The translations under genes and the position numbers were made by a program. Of a stretch of 60,000 nucleotides of DNA, positions 35,255 through 46,524 are shown in pieces. Positions within the stretch are counted from its first letter, which is position 1. Each line of letters opens with the position of its first letter. Source of the DNA: Mobula hypostoma (Eukaryota); assembly GCF_963921235.1 (NCBI RefSeq), contig NC_086097.1:178872001-178932000 (forward strand), in the 5' to 3' direction. The notes beneath the pieces were generated by a model. It ran no database searches. It was not told where the DNA came from and saw only the letters and a program-made list of their open reading frames with translations.

Positions 35255-35290
35255 AGTCGACGTTTCAGGCCGAGACCCTTCGTCAGGACT
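35255..35290 (-). ncRNA. Minimal type I hammerhead ribozyme motif
   Basis: Identical to 5047-5082. Confidence 0.8.
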
Positions 35291-35724
35291 AACTGAAGGA
35301 AGAGTGAGTAAGAGATTTGAAAGTTGGAGGGGGAGATCCAAAATGATAGGAGAAGACAAGAGGGGTGGGGGGAACCCAGAGGATGGGCAAGGGGTATATT
35401 CAGAGGGACAGAGGGAGAAAAAGGAGAGTGAGAGAAAGAATGTGTGTATAAAAATAAGTAACAGATGGGGTACGAGGGGGAGGTGGGGCATTAGCGGAAG
35501 TTAGAGAAGTCGATGTTCATGCCATCAGGTTGGAGGCTACCCAGACGGAATATAAGGTGTTGTTCCTCCAACCTGAGTGTGGCTTCATCTTTACAGTAGA
35601 GGAGGCCGTGGATAGACATATCAGAATGGGAATGGGATGTGGAATTAAAATGTCTTCTCCTATCATTTTGGATCTCCCCCTCCCCCTCCAACTTTCAAAT
35701 CTCTTCCTCACTCTTCCTTCAGTT

Positions 35725-35760
35725 AGTCCTGACGAAGGGTCTCTGCCTGAAACGTCGACT
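35725..35760 (+). ncRNA. Minimal type I hammerhead ribozyme motif
   Basis: agtc-ctgacga-agg gtctctg cct-gaaa-cg-tc^gact. Differs from the other copies only in loop II. Confidence 0.8.
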
Positions 35761-36454
35761 GCACCTCTTCCTAGAGATGCTGCCTGGCCTGCTGCCTTCA
35801 CCAGCAACTTTGATGTGTGTTGCTTGAATTTCCAGCATCTGCAGAATTCCTGTTGTTTGCGTTTTTATATTCTGCTCTGGTGTTGTTTTCCCCTGTACTA
35901 CCTCAATGTACTTGTGTAATGGTCTGATCTGTATGGAAAGTATGCAAGACAAGCTTTTCACTGTATCTTGGTACATGTGACAATAATTAACAATTCTAAT
36001 TTTATTTTCAATCTCACTCTGATCAGATAATACTGTGTTTTTGATCCGTCTTCCTGAAGTGTGTGATTTTGAAAAGAGAGGGTGGATAGTAAAGGGGTGA
36101 CCTTCTTAATTTATGAGGGGATTAGTGGAAGTGGCAACGTGGAACAAGCGGCTAGAGGATGCAGTAGAGCTGGGTACACTTGTAATAAGACACCTAGACA
36201 GATACATGGATAGGAAAGATTTAGAGGGATAGCGCCAAGTGCAACAAATTGGATGAGCTTAGGAGGATGCCTTGATTGGACAAGTTGATCTAAATGTCCT
36301 GTTTACATGCTGTTTCACTCTATGACTTAGTGACATTTGTTAGTCACTCTGTCCTGCATCCATATCCTATTACAGTCGAAATCTCTTCATCACAATTCAC
36401 CTCTAATTCTATTGTTACGTCATCGACAAATATGGATACCTTACACCTTGCCCA

Positions 36455-36720
36455 AGATGCAGGAGGAACTCAGCAGGCCGAGGAACATCTGCAAGGTGCT
36501 ACCTGCCCAGCATCCCCACCTCCCTTATTTGGTTCCATCCTCCAACTTATCCCCTATCAGATCCCAACATCAGCCAGTCACTCCATCAGCCAGTCACTCC
36601 ATCAGGTCTTTACTATTTTTCAGTCCATATGGAAGGTCTCAAGGCAAAACGTAGACTGTCCATTTCCCTCCACAGATGCTGCCTGACCGCTGAGTTTCTC
36701 CAGCATTTTGTGTGTTGCTG
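36455..36720 (+). mobile_element. Old Penelope pseudo-LTR remnant with a short inverted piece
   Basis: 'agatgctgcctgaccgctgagtttctccagcattttgtgtgttgc' and its inverted counterpart at 36455-36491. The hammerhead core is decayed. Confidence 0.65.
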
Positions 36721-36869
36721 TGCACTGTTGTATGATCTATATTCTGAGACGGTTGGGGTGGAGGTGGTTCTGGAGGATGGGACCAGTGAGGCAAGGACTG
36801 GAATTTTAACTTACTCGGTAGAAAGAGCACATTCAGCCTATCGTGTCCAGTCACATTGCCCTCATTTCC

Positions 36870-37110
36870 TCATATTCCTGCAACATATTCACTCGTCAAA
36901 TGCTCCTTTCATTCTATTGCTACTCACCTGCATGTTAGGGGGGAGTTTACAGCAGCCAATTAACCCAGCAACCTTGGAGTGTGGGAGGAAATTGGAGCAG
37001 CAGGGGAAAGGCCTTTGATCACAACGAGAGTGTGCAAACTCAACGTAGACGGTGCCCGAGATCAGGATGGATGACCGGTCACAGGAGCTGCAGCAACACT
37101 GGAAGCTGAG
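36870..37110 (-). mobile_element. V-domain SINE remnant
   Basis: 'ttggagtgtgggaggaaattggagca...gagagtgtgcaaactc' is the reverse of the V-SINE core. Confidence 0.6.
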
Positions 37111-37224
37111 ATGTGGATAAACCAAGAGTCATTGATCACAGGGCTGAGTGAGGAGTTAGGACAGGGGCAGAGGACAGGAGGCTGAGTGAGATCGGACTGA
37201 CTCTATTAGAGTTACATGTTAAGG

Positions 37225-38465
37225 TAGAATATGAAACACAGAGCAGTACAGCACAGGAATAGGCCCTTCGGCATAGGATGTCTGTGCCAAAGAGTATGCC
37301 AAGTTAAACTAAATGTCTTCAGCCTGAATGTACATCAGAAACAGATTTATTATTATTGTTTGGGATAACCGGAAATTTGCAACAGCATTAAAGTACTGGG
37401 AATTACAAAATTACAGAAAGAAGTAACAAGGTGCTGTTTGTGGATTGTTCAGAACTCTGATGCTGCAGTGGAAATCTTGTCCTGAATCATTGAGTTTGAC
37501 CCATTTCCCTCCATTCTCTGCATATTCACATCTCTATCAAACAGCCTCCTAAACACCACTGTCGTATCTGCCTCCACTACCAGCTTTGGCAGCCCATAAC
37601 CCTAACATTCTGACTGCCTACCTTATCTATGCCTCTCATCATCTTATAAAATTCTACCAGATTTTCCCTTAGCTTCCAATGCTTCAGAGAAAACAACCCG
37701 TTTGTCCAACCTCTCCTTATAGCTCATTAAAGTTCAAAGTATATTTATTATCGAAGTATGTATTCGGTATACAACCTTGAGATTTGTCTTCTTGCAGGCA
37801 GCCATAAAACAAGGAAACACAATAGAACCCATTCAAAGAAAAACCCACACAGCAAGGCCATCAAACCCCTATGTTCACTTTAATCCAGGCAGCATCCTGG
37901 TGGGCCACTTGTGTATCCTCTCCAAAGGTTCCATATCCTTCCTGTAATCCCAGGAATGAAAGGGTTATTAATGTAAGGGAAATGATTGATGGCTCTGGGC
38001 CTGTACTCACTGAAGTTTAGAAGAATGAGCTGTGGGTGGGGGCAGGGCTTTGGGTTCTCTTTGAAACTTGGCGAATATTGAAAGGCTTTGAATGTGGAGA
38101 GGATGTTCCAATAGTGGGAGAGTCTAGGAGCAGCAGACACAGTTTCAGAGTAGAAGGACGTACAGTAGCTTTAGAACAAAAAGGAGGAGGAATTTCTTCA
38201 GCCACAGGGTGGCAAATATGTGGAATTTGTTGACACAGACAGCTGTGTAGGCCAAGTCATCAGTATATTTAAAGTGGAGGGTGATAGGAATTCGAATATT
38301 AAGGGCATCGAAGGTTACAGGGAGAAGTGGGAGAATCGAACTGAGATGGAAAATAAATAAGCTATGATCAAATGGCGTATTGCTGCGTTGAATGGTCTGA
38401 TTCTACCCCTATATGCTACAGCTGACCAGAACTGAGCAAAATACTCCGGAAACGACCTAGCCAAA
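37225..38465. mobile_element. Nest of CR1 (both strands) and Rex-tail fragments
   Basis: CR1 C-terminal and 3' UTR motifs, e.g. ORF 38036-38233 'ETWRILKG...PIVGESRS'. Confidence 0.65.
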
Positions 38466-38539
38466 AGCCCAAAGGAAATGCTCAAATATTAGGCTGGGGT
38501 GGTAATGGTGGCACTAGGACTGGGTTTGCAATGGGGATA

Positions 38540-39450
38540 CAATCTTTTCAGTGGTTCCTTTGCTTAAAAAAAATCAAGAGAAAATCTCTTCTGAGGTGTC
38601 TGGCTTTGAATACATAAAGGAAGTGCTGCCTCAGTTGCACACATTGGGGAAGGTGCTTATACTGTGATAATTATCATCAAGGAATATTAATGTGTTCAGC
38701 ATTTGCAACCTGAAAACTCATTATAACCCAAGCAGCACACATCATCTGTGGACAGAGAACTTTGCCAGAATTTTTCCATCATCAGGGTCACTGTGTTAGT
38801 CAGAGCTACACTGCTGTTTTATATCGTGAGTCCTTGCAGACAAAATGATTGGATATTTTGCATGTGTGCATTAAATGTCACCTTTTTTACAATGAACTTG
38901 TATTTTTTTGCAGTGTGTCTATATTTTTTAGCAGGTTATTTCACCCGTCCTCCCCAGGAAAAGGTTCTTTGGAGAATTGAACAGTTGCGGGGAAGATTTG
39001 ATTGTGTGTAGTACGCACAGAGAGAAGGGTTAGAACAGTGCATTCCCCCGTCCCAGTCCCTCCTGGGCTGGTAATTACTGCTTCATTAGTGATTGGCACA
39101 GTATCCTGTGGCTAAATTTAATCAAATGCTTCAGTATGGCATGGTACTAATTGCAAAAAATTCCAGTTCAGGATTTTGAAAGGATTTTTTTTTGCACCTT
39201 TACAATGTCGGTGAGCTGCTGAATAATTTATCAACATTTTTCAGATTTTAAACGTATCTCGTGGGGTGAGAAGTACCTGAAACCAGTTCACAATCTGCCC
39301 ACTTCCAGTCATCGCAGCCATGGCCACAGTGTTTGCTGCTGTTTCATTTTTCTTTTTTTTTGCATGGATGGTCAAAGGTTCAAAAATGTTGGGATTTGTT
39401 TCTTAAATTTATGGAATTGTTAAAGTTCACAGCACTGAATGAGGTCAGTT
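38540..39450. promoter_or_regulatory. Candidate conserved non-coding element cluster
   Basis: Repeat-free AT-rich island with the palindrome tgataattatca (38665-38676) and gtaattac, gattgg and taatt motifs. Conservation not tested. Confidence 0.35.
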
Positions 39451-39669
39451 AGTCCATTGGGCCCTGAGTAACCAATTTCAAATGGGCTTTGTGTTCAAAG
39501 TCCAAAGCCCAGCAGATCATGGTTCTTCAAGGGAGGTTTACAGCTCTGAATGAGGCCATTCAGTCCATCAGGTCCTGCAAATAGACTTTGGATTCAGTCG
39601 TGTCCCACCCTAGGCCTTGTCAGAAATGGGTCTTCAAGGGCTCATTCAGGTATCGAAGTGGAATGGATA

Positions 39670-40590
39670 ATTGGTTTATTGTTGCCAGATCTACCGAGAT
39701 ACGGTGTGAGCAGCTTTTGTTTGCATGCCATCCAGACAGATCATTTCATACATAAGTACATTGTGGTAGTACTAAAGAAAAGCAGAATGCAGAATAGAGT
39801 GTTACAGTTACAGAGAAAGTGCAGTGCAGGTAGACAAGTAAAATGCAAGGGCCATGGTGAGGTTGGGAGATCAAGAGTTCAGTTTTGAGTGTATGAGAAG
39901 AATTTATTTTTGTCACAGCTTATCATGCATACTGTTTAAACAAATCAAATCATTACACACACAAAATGCTGGAGGAACGCAGCAGGCCAGGCAACATCTA
40001 TGGTAAGAAGTACAGTTGACGTTTTGGGCTGAGACCCTTCATCAAATCATTACACAGTGCACTGAGCTAGAAGAAGGCAAAGCAAGAACAATTCAGAATG
40101 AAGTGTAAAAACTGCCAAAAAGTGCAATGAAGGTAAATGAGGAAGTGCAAGATCGTAATTAGATGGACTATGAAGCCAGGACTCCATTTTATTGTACAAG
40201 AGGTCCATTCAAGAGTCTGATAACAGCAGATTAAAACCTGTCCCTGAGCCTGCTGGTGCCTGCTTTCAAGCTTCTCTACCTTCTATCCAATGGACAGGGG
40301 AGAAAAGAGAAAGACTGAGATGGGTGGGGCTCTTGGTAATGTTGGCTGTTTTCCTGACGCAGTGGGGAATAAGGACAGAGTTAATGGGGGGGGGGGCTGG
40401 TTTCCATGACAAATTGGTCTGTGTATTTGCAGTGTTGAGCAGAGCAGTTACCATACTAGAATGCTTTCTAGAGTGCATCTATAAAAATCGGTAAAGGCCA
40501 TCAGGGACATTCTGAATTTCTTTAGACTTTTGATGAAGTAGAGTTGTTGGTGAACTTTCTTGGCTGTGGCGTCGACATAGTTGGGTCAGG
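39670..40590 (-). mobile_element. Two adjacent Rex1/Babar 3' fragments
   Basis: Repeated 'cagaatgcagaatagagtgttacagttacagagaaagtgcagtgcagg' tail, with C-terminal coding remnants at 40200-40590. Confidence 0.75.
39960..40040 (-). mobile_element. ~80-bp Penelope tail insertion with a 16-bp TSD
   Basis: atcaaatcattacaca at 39944-39959 and 40041-40056. The insert matches the pseudo-LTR and carries a mutated hammerhead. Confidence 0.85.
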
Positions 40591-41244
40591 AAGGTGTTTG
40601 CCTCCACAAGGTGACTTACATTTAAGTTCAAAGGAGTAATTGCGGGGCAAAGCCTTCTACACAGAGAGTGATGAGTGCCTGGGATGCACTGTCAGGGGTG
40701 GTGCTGGCGGCATATCCAATAGAGGTGGTCAAGAGGTTTTCAGATAGGCACATGAATGTGTAGGAAATGGATAGATACAGACTTTGTGTAAACAGAAGGG
40801 ATTAGTTTAGTTAAGCTTTAGATTACTAATTTAATTAGTTTGGCACAACATTGCGGGCCAAACAGCCTATTCCTGTGCTCTAAAGTCAGAGCAGGTCCCT
40901 GACTTTACTCTTCAATTCCTCCTCTCACAGCAAGGTACAGCAAACAGTGATAATCATCCTGTCCCTGTCTGCGCTGTGATTCAGGATTTTCACAGCTACA
41001 ATTCCAGCGTCTTTTCCTGCCCTTGTTTGTTTTTTAGTTTGTCAACACTGAGTCGGATTAGCGGGATGGTCTGTGTGGGAGATGTTTGACTGAGGCAGGA
41101 TGCTCAGATGTGGAACAGATGCAGGCAGGTGGGAAGGGAGCAGTCTCATCACCTGGTTGTGGAGAGAGAGCCTGCGCTCTGGCACACGGTCCAGAATTTA
41201 GTCTCCATCAGTGGGAATGTATGATGGATCATCCATTACCCAAC

Positions 41245-41710
41245 CTCTCTGTCTCACTCTATCTCTCTCTCAATTTCCTCTGATTTCTCTTAATCTTTCT
41301 TTCTATCTCACACACTCTCTCCCTCTTCCCTGTCTTCCATTTCTCTTTTTCTCTCTCCTCCCATTTTCTCTTTTCTGTTCATTTGTCTCATGCTCTCTTT
41401 CATTTTCTATCACTCATTTTCTCTCTTTCTGTCCCCTTTTACCTCCTTTCCCTCACTCACTCACCTCCTTAGAGGGAAAGAGGAAAGAGAGAAAAAGAGG
41501 AAAGAAGAATCTATCTCTTTCTCTCTACCGTCATTTGTATCACTTTCTCTCCCCCCTCATTCTGTCCCTCTCTCTACCTCCCTGTCTTTCTTTCCCTTCT
41601 TTCATTTTACTCCATGCTTTCTAGCTCCTTCTCACCCCCTCTTCCCCTCCCTCTTTCAGTCTGACTCCCCCTCCTCGTCTCCCTCTTCCCCCGTACCCTC
41701 CTTCCCTCCA
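41245..41710. repeat. Polypyrimidine (CT-rich) low-complexity tract with a central purine block
   Basis: Seen directly. Confidence 0.85.
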
Positions 41711-41789
41711 AACCTGTGCTGATTGGTGATGTCTGTAGTTATCTGCCTGCCCCCTCTCTGCACCACACAATCTGCCCTGCCAGTATTTG

Positions 41790-42520
41790 CCTGTGTCTCC
41801 TGGTGGAATTCATTCAAATTAAACCAGTGGGAAACTGTGCCCAAATCCCCAAATGCCGAGTCCCTCTCCTTCATCAGCATTCCAGCAAAGAGAGTAATTA
41901 AAGCAAAAAATTAATTCTGCTGTAAGCAGAGGAGGCACAAAATAACTGATATTAGAATCTCGATGATGAATGCTTGGCATCAATGGAACTCCCCTGAGAG
42001 GATAAAAGATTTCACAGAGTTTTTTTTTGCATATCACAGTTTTCTCATTATGAAAACCCAGAGAAGATTGGCGAGTGCATACATGATATGTTAAAAGAGT
42101 AGTGTGAAAAAAGGCAGCCACTTGTTCACCAGATACATCTTAATTAGTGGCCTCTTTAGTCTGTGGAAACACAAGAAACTCTGATGATAAATAGACTTTT
42201 TGGGGCTGCGGTGTGAATCTGGAGCTTTGGGGGGTTCTCACACACTTGGAGGAGCTTTGCTGTCCTTGCGGGTTTTAATTCTGGTTCTAATTGTAGCCAG
42301 TTTATTACCAGCTGACACCAGGACACTGACATAAATGGAGTAATAAAACCTCGCGCGCAGGCAAGGGGAAATATGTCGGGCAATAATTGAAGGCTGTGAG
42401 CACACTTGCCTCTCGTAACTGCCACACACAAATATTAGCCGTGCCTGGGTCTCGTAGTTAATCATTATGAAAGTGCTCCATAAAGTGGCTCTACACCATG
42501 ATTTGTGTCTGAGCTTTCAA
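41790..42520. promoter_or_regulatory. Candidate conserved non-coding element / developmental enhancer
   Basis: Unique island with Hox/Cdx-type sites (tttattac, cataaa, gtaataaaa), TAATTA sites and retained CpGs (tcgcgcgc). Conservation not tested. Confidence 0.45.
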
Positions 42521-42554
42521 GTGTGTGGTTGTGTGTGTGTGTTGTGTGTGTGTG

Positions 42555-42586
<32 letters not shown>

Positions 42587-42670
42587 TTGTGTGGGGGGAG
42601 TTTGTGTCTGAGTGGTTGTGTGTGTGTGAGTGGTTGTGTCTGTGAGTGTGTGTGAGTGGTTCTATCTGTG

Positions 42671-42703
<33 letters not shown>

Positions 42704-42812
42704 TATGGTATGTAGATGTGTGTTTGTGTCTTTTTAACCTTTTACCCAAATGAATGTGCATACACATGAGTGAGTGTTTTTGCATGTGTGTGTCTGATCT
42801 TTTCTGTGTGTC
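42521..42812. repeat. (TG)n microsatellite region
   Basis: Seen directly. Confidence 0.95.
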
Positions 42813-42824
42813 TGCATATACCTG

Positions 42825-43150
42825 CTCACCCTGGACATTTCTCTCTTCTCCACCCTCACATCAGGCAGAAGATACAAACGCCTGAAATCACATTTCATGG
42901 CTGAAGAACAGCTTCTATCCTTCTGTTACGACTATTGAACAGGTCCCTAGGTGAACTCATGACCGCACACCTTATTGCCTGCCTGCACTGCACTTTCTGT
43001 GTAGCCTTTGCATTCTGCATTCTGTTATTGTTTTCCATTGTACTACCTTAGTGTCCTGATGTGATGAAATCACCTGTATGAATGGCATGCAAAACAAAGC
43101 CTTTCACTGTCCCTCAGTCCATATGATAATAATAAAGCAATTTACCAATT
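42825..43150 (+). mobile_element. Rex1/Babar 3' fragment
   Basis: 'catcaggcagaagatacaaacgcctgaaa' (SGRRYKRLK) plus the shared 3' tail. Confidence 0.75.
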
Positions 43151-43294
43151 TACACTCACTCCTGTGTATATGTGTGTGTGTATGCCTATAATTACACACA
43201 CACACACACACTTGGTTTCTTCCAGGCCCTGAGTTCGAAGGAGCTTCACAAAGTGTTAGCTGCTACTGTAAATTTCATCCCAGGCCAATCAACA

Positions 43295-43720
43295 AGGTAG
43301 GGTTCTAGGAGTGTCTTAAAGCGGGAGAAAGTCCCAGGGTTTGGAGCACAGTGTTAGGCTCAGCTGACAGTGGCAGGGAGACTAAGTTGGTGCTGCATGT
43401 GAGACCAGAGGTGGAGGGTTGTACGGTTGTCTGGTTGGTGGGGGCTACAGAGACAGGCAGGGGAAAGTCCACTGCGAGATTACTACCCGAGGTGCCAGCA
43501 GGGATCGGTGAGTGTACAGAGGAGGGCAGGAGAACCAACCGATTGAGTTGGAGTACAAGCAGGTTTTGGCTGAGGTTCAGTTTACTGTCGGGAGAAGATG
43601 GGAGACAGGCAGGGTGGGGCCAGGAGGGGCAGGACGAAGTTGGTTGAGGGTTTCCACAGCAGGTATATAAGAGATGGATGAGAGGCCAGTGGAAGGAAAA
43701 AGCACACTCTGGAGTTCAGG
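43295..43720 (-). mobile_element. Ancient L2-like LINE fragment
   Basis: 'aggtagggttctaggagtgtcttaaa...agtcccagggtttgga' resembles the reverse of an L2 C-terminus. Highly degenerate. Confidence 0.4.
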
Positions 43721-43854
43721 GGCATGAAAAGAGAGGCTGGGAAAAGCCATTCAGCCCTCCCCACGTCCTCTGCCATTTTCTGATGCTGTACCTCAGTCAC
43801 TTCCCACCACTCTGTCGATCACTGGTCCATTATCCTCAATAACCAAATAAACTG

Positions 43855-44470
43855 GTAAATTAATTTATTGTTGTCATACGTACTAAGGGACAGTGGTAAA
43901 TATTGTTTAATCCATACAGATCATTGTGTGAATTGAATTGAATTTGCTTTATTAAGGTAGAGTGAAAAACTTGTTATAGTTACAGAGAAAGTGCAGTGCA
44001 GACAGACAATAAAGTGCAAGGCCATAATGAGGTAGATTGTAAGGTCAAGGATTAATCTTATTATACAAAGGGACTGTTCAATATTCTTATAACTACAGCA
44101 TAGAAGCTGTCCTTGAGCCTGGTGGTATGTGCTTTCAGAATTTTGTTCTTCTGCCCAATGGGAGAGGGGAGAAGAGAGAATGTCTAGAGTGGGTGGGGTC
44201 TTGGATTACCACTCAGTTGGCTACTTAACTGAGGCAGCAAAAGTGTAAACAGAGTCCACAGAGAGAAGACTGATTTCCGTGATGTGCTGAGCTGTGTCAG
44301 AACTCAATGCAGTTTCTTGCGGTCACGGGCAAAGCAGTTGTCATTCCAAACAGTGATGCGTCTGGATAGAATGCTTTCTCTGGTGCATCAATAATAATCG
44401 GTGAGGGTCAATGGGGCGTGCCAAATCTCTTTAGTCTCTTGAGGGAATTTGAGGTGGTGCAGCATTTTGT
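43855..44470 (-). mobile_element. Rex1/Babar 3' fragment
   Basis: Homologous to 39670-40590 and 52750-53390. Confidence 0.75.
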
Positions 44471-44481
44471 TTTTTTTGGCT

Positions 44482-44755
44482 GTGGAGTAGAAAGATTTAA
44501 TAGGAACATGAGAGGTAATTTCTTCACACAGAGAGTGGTCAGTATATGGAACGAGCTGCCAAAAGAAGTGGCTAGGGCAGATGCAATAACAACGTTTAAA
44601 AGGCACTTGGACAGGTACATGGATAGAAAAGCTTGAGGGGGTTATGGATCAAACGCTGCCAAATGGGACAGACTTTGATGGGCATCTTAGCCGGCTGGCA
44701 TGGACCAGTTGGGCTGAAAGGCCTGTGTCTGTATTGTATGAGATTGTGACTCTAA
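44482..44755 (+). mobile_element. CR1 3' end
   Basis: ERFNRNMRGNFFTQRVVSIWNELPKEV...FKRHLDRYMDRK plus 3' UTR. Confidence 0.88.
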
Positions 44756-45204
44756 AGGCATCAGTGAACCTGGTGGATTTCTGCAGCATTCTGGTAGTTT
44801 CAAAGTGATTGTTATTTTTCTTGAAGTTGTAACTTAAATAATTACTTGAAATTATACACCCTAGTTGCTGTGTTGGATCTGAACTCATGTATCTAGATAA
44901 ATGACTCCAGCTGCTGGTCCTAATCCCTAACTACTGCACCACTCTGCTTCTGATTACATATTCCATAGGTAACATTTAATCCAGGTTGAAATATAATGGA
45001 TTTGTCCCATTACACGGACCGGAGAGAAGGAATGTAAAATTGGGCAGAGAGTGCACTGTGACTGCAGTGTATGGATGTGATCTCGGTATTTGAGGGATGT
45101 CTTGTATTGGAGGCAGTGTAGAGACATTCTCTGCTCTGACTCCTGGGGTGAAGTTGATGTGTGAAGAGAGAGTTAACAAGCTGTGCTTCTCCTACTGGAC
45201 GGCG

Positions 45205-45510
45205 CATTAGCATAGTGGTTAGCGTATGCTTTACAGCACCAGCGATCATGATCGGGGTTCAATTTCCACCACTGTCTGTAAGGAGTTTGTACATTCTCCC
45301 TCTGACCATGTGGATTTCTCCCAGGTGCTCTGACTGCCTCCCACATTCCAAAGATGTACACATTAGTAAGGACTAGTAAGCTGTGAGCATGCTAGGTTGG
45401 TGCCAGAAGCAATATGACACATCCTCGGACTGTGCTGGCCATTGACACAAACAACACATTTCACTATATGTTTTGACATTTCAACGTACACATGACAGAA
45501 CTAATCTTTT
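45205..45510 (+). mobile_element. V-domain SINE (HE1-like), best-preserved copy
   Basis: A-box-like 'tagcatagtggttag', B-box 'ggttcaattt', core 'gtaaggagtttgtacattctccc...cctcccacattccaaaga'. Confidence 0.75.
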
Positions 45511-45606
45511 CTCCGCACTGGAGATAAAATATCAGATTCTGACGGGGATTGATGGGCTGGGCGCTGAAAGGGTGTTTCCCTTTGCTGGGTTGTCTAGAAC
45601 TAGTGA

Positions 45607-45772
45607 TCTTTTCTTTCTCTCGCCCATCAACTGTTGGTATTTACTTTTATCTTTATTCTTGTTTTTTAATTGGCTTCTTTCAGGTCTCTTGCTTTGTGGC
45701 TTGCCTGTGAGCAAGCAGATCTCAAGGTTGTATAATTTATACTTTCTTTGATAATAAATGAACGTGAATTTT
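45607..45772 (+). mobile_element. Short Rex-type tail inserted in a CR1 fragment with a 10-bp TSD
   Basis: gaactagtga at 45597-45606 and 45773-45782. Confidence 0.75.
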
Positions 45773-45889
45773 GAACTAGTGAAGGTGGCAGAGCTTCAGA
45801 AGAAGGGTTAACCACTGAAGACAGAGGTGAGGAGGATTTTTTTTTTCTCTTAGAGCTTGGTGAATTGGAATGGAATTCTCTACCCCAGA

Positions 45890-46520
45890 AGCAGAATCAG
45901 ATTTGTTATCTCAGACTTATGTGGCGTGAAATTTGTTGTTTTGCGGCAGCGGTACATTGCCATACATAATAATAATAACTATTAATTGTGTATATAATTA
46001 AAGTAGTACACAAAGAGAGGAAAAATACTGAGTTAATGTTCATTGGTTGATTGTCCATTCCAAAACCTGATGGTGGAGGGGAAGAAACTGTACCTGAACT
46101 GTTGAGTGTGTGTCTTCAGGCTCCTGTACCTGCTCCTTGTTGGTAACAATGAGAAGAGGTCATGTCCTGGGTGATGGGCGTCCTTAATGATGGATGCCGA
46201 ATTTTTGAGACATTGCTTTTTGAAGGTGTCCTGGATGCTGGGGAGGCCAGTACTCAGGATGAAGCTGACTGGGTTTACAACTTACCCCAGCTTTTTCCGA
46301 TCCTGTTGCAGTAGCCCCTCCATACCATTTAGAATGCTCTCCACAGTACATCTGTAGAAATTTGCTTTGACTTACGTCTTTGGCGACGTAACAAGGAAAT
46401 GTTTATGGGTTCATGGAGCGTTCAGAAATCAGATTTTAGACAGGAAGAAGCTGCTTCTGAATGTTGAGTGTGTGTCTTCGGGCTTCAGTACCTCCTTCCC
46501 GATGGTACGTCCCAGGATGG
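45890..46520 (-). mobile_element. Rex1/Babar 3' fragments
   Basis: 'gtgtgtcttcaggctcctgtacctgctcc...ccttaatgatggatgcc' is the reverse of the IIKDPHHPG...LPSGRRYRSL region. Confidence 0.75.
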
Positions 46521-46524
46521 TGAG

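Larger units (their letters stand above)
35193..35865. mobile_element. Penelope-like insertion with inverted pseudo-LTRs (- arm 35193-35651, + arm 35652-35865)
   Basis: GIY-YIG C-terminus on the minus arm, ~165-bp inverted repeats, and 15-bp TSD tatattctgctctgg (35178-35192, 35866-35880). Confidence 0.92.
31895..35997 (+). mobile_element. Rex1/Babar-type 3' fragment split by a CR1 and a Penelope insertion
   Basis: Pieces 31895-32120, 35124-35192 and 35881-35997 rejoin into the tail seen intact at 42825-43150. Confidence 0.8.

Noticed and set aside
38925..38975. Possible splice acceptor (tttttagcag) and small exon
   Set aside because: No convincing donor site, recognisable peptide or partner exons.
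43160..43212. (TG)n followed by (CA)n inverted repeat
   Set aside because: Common juxtaposition of microsatellites with no evidence of function.
45205..45270. Possible tRNA genes at A/B-box sequences (also 6718, 9140, 55260)
   Set aside because: No complete cloverleaf, and each continues into a SINE body.
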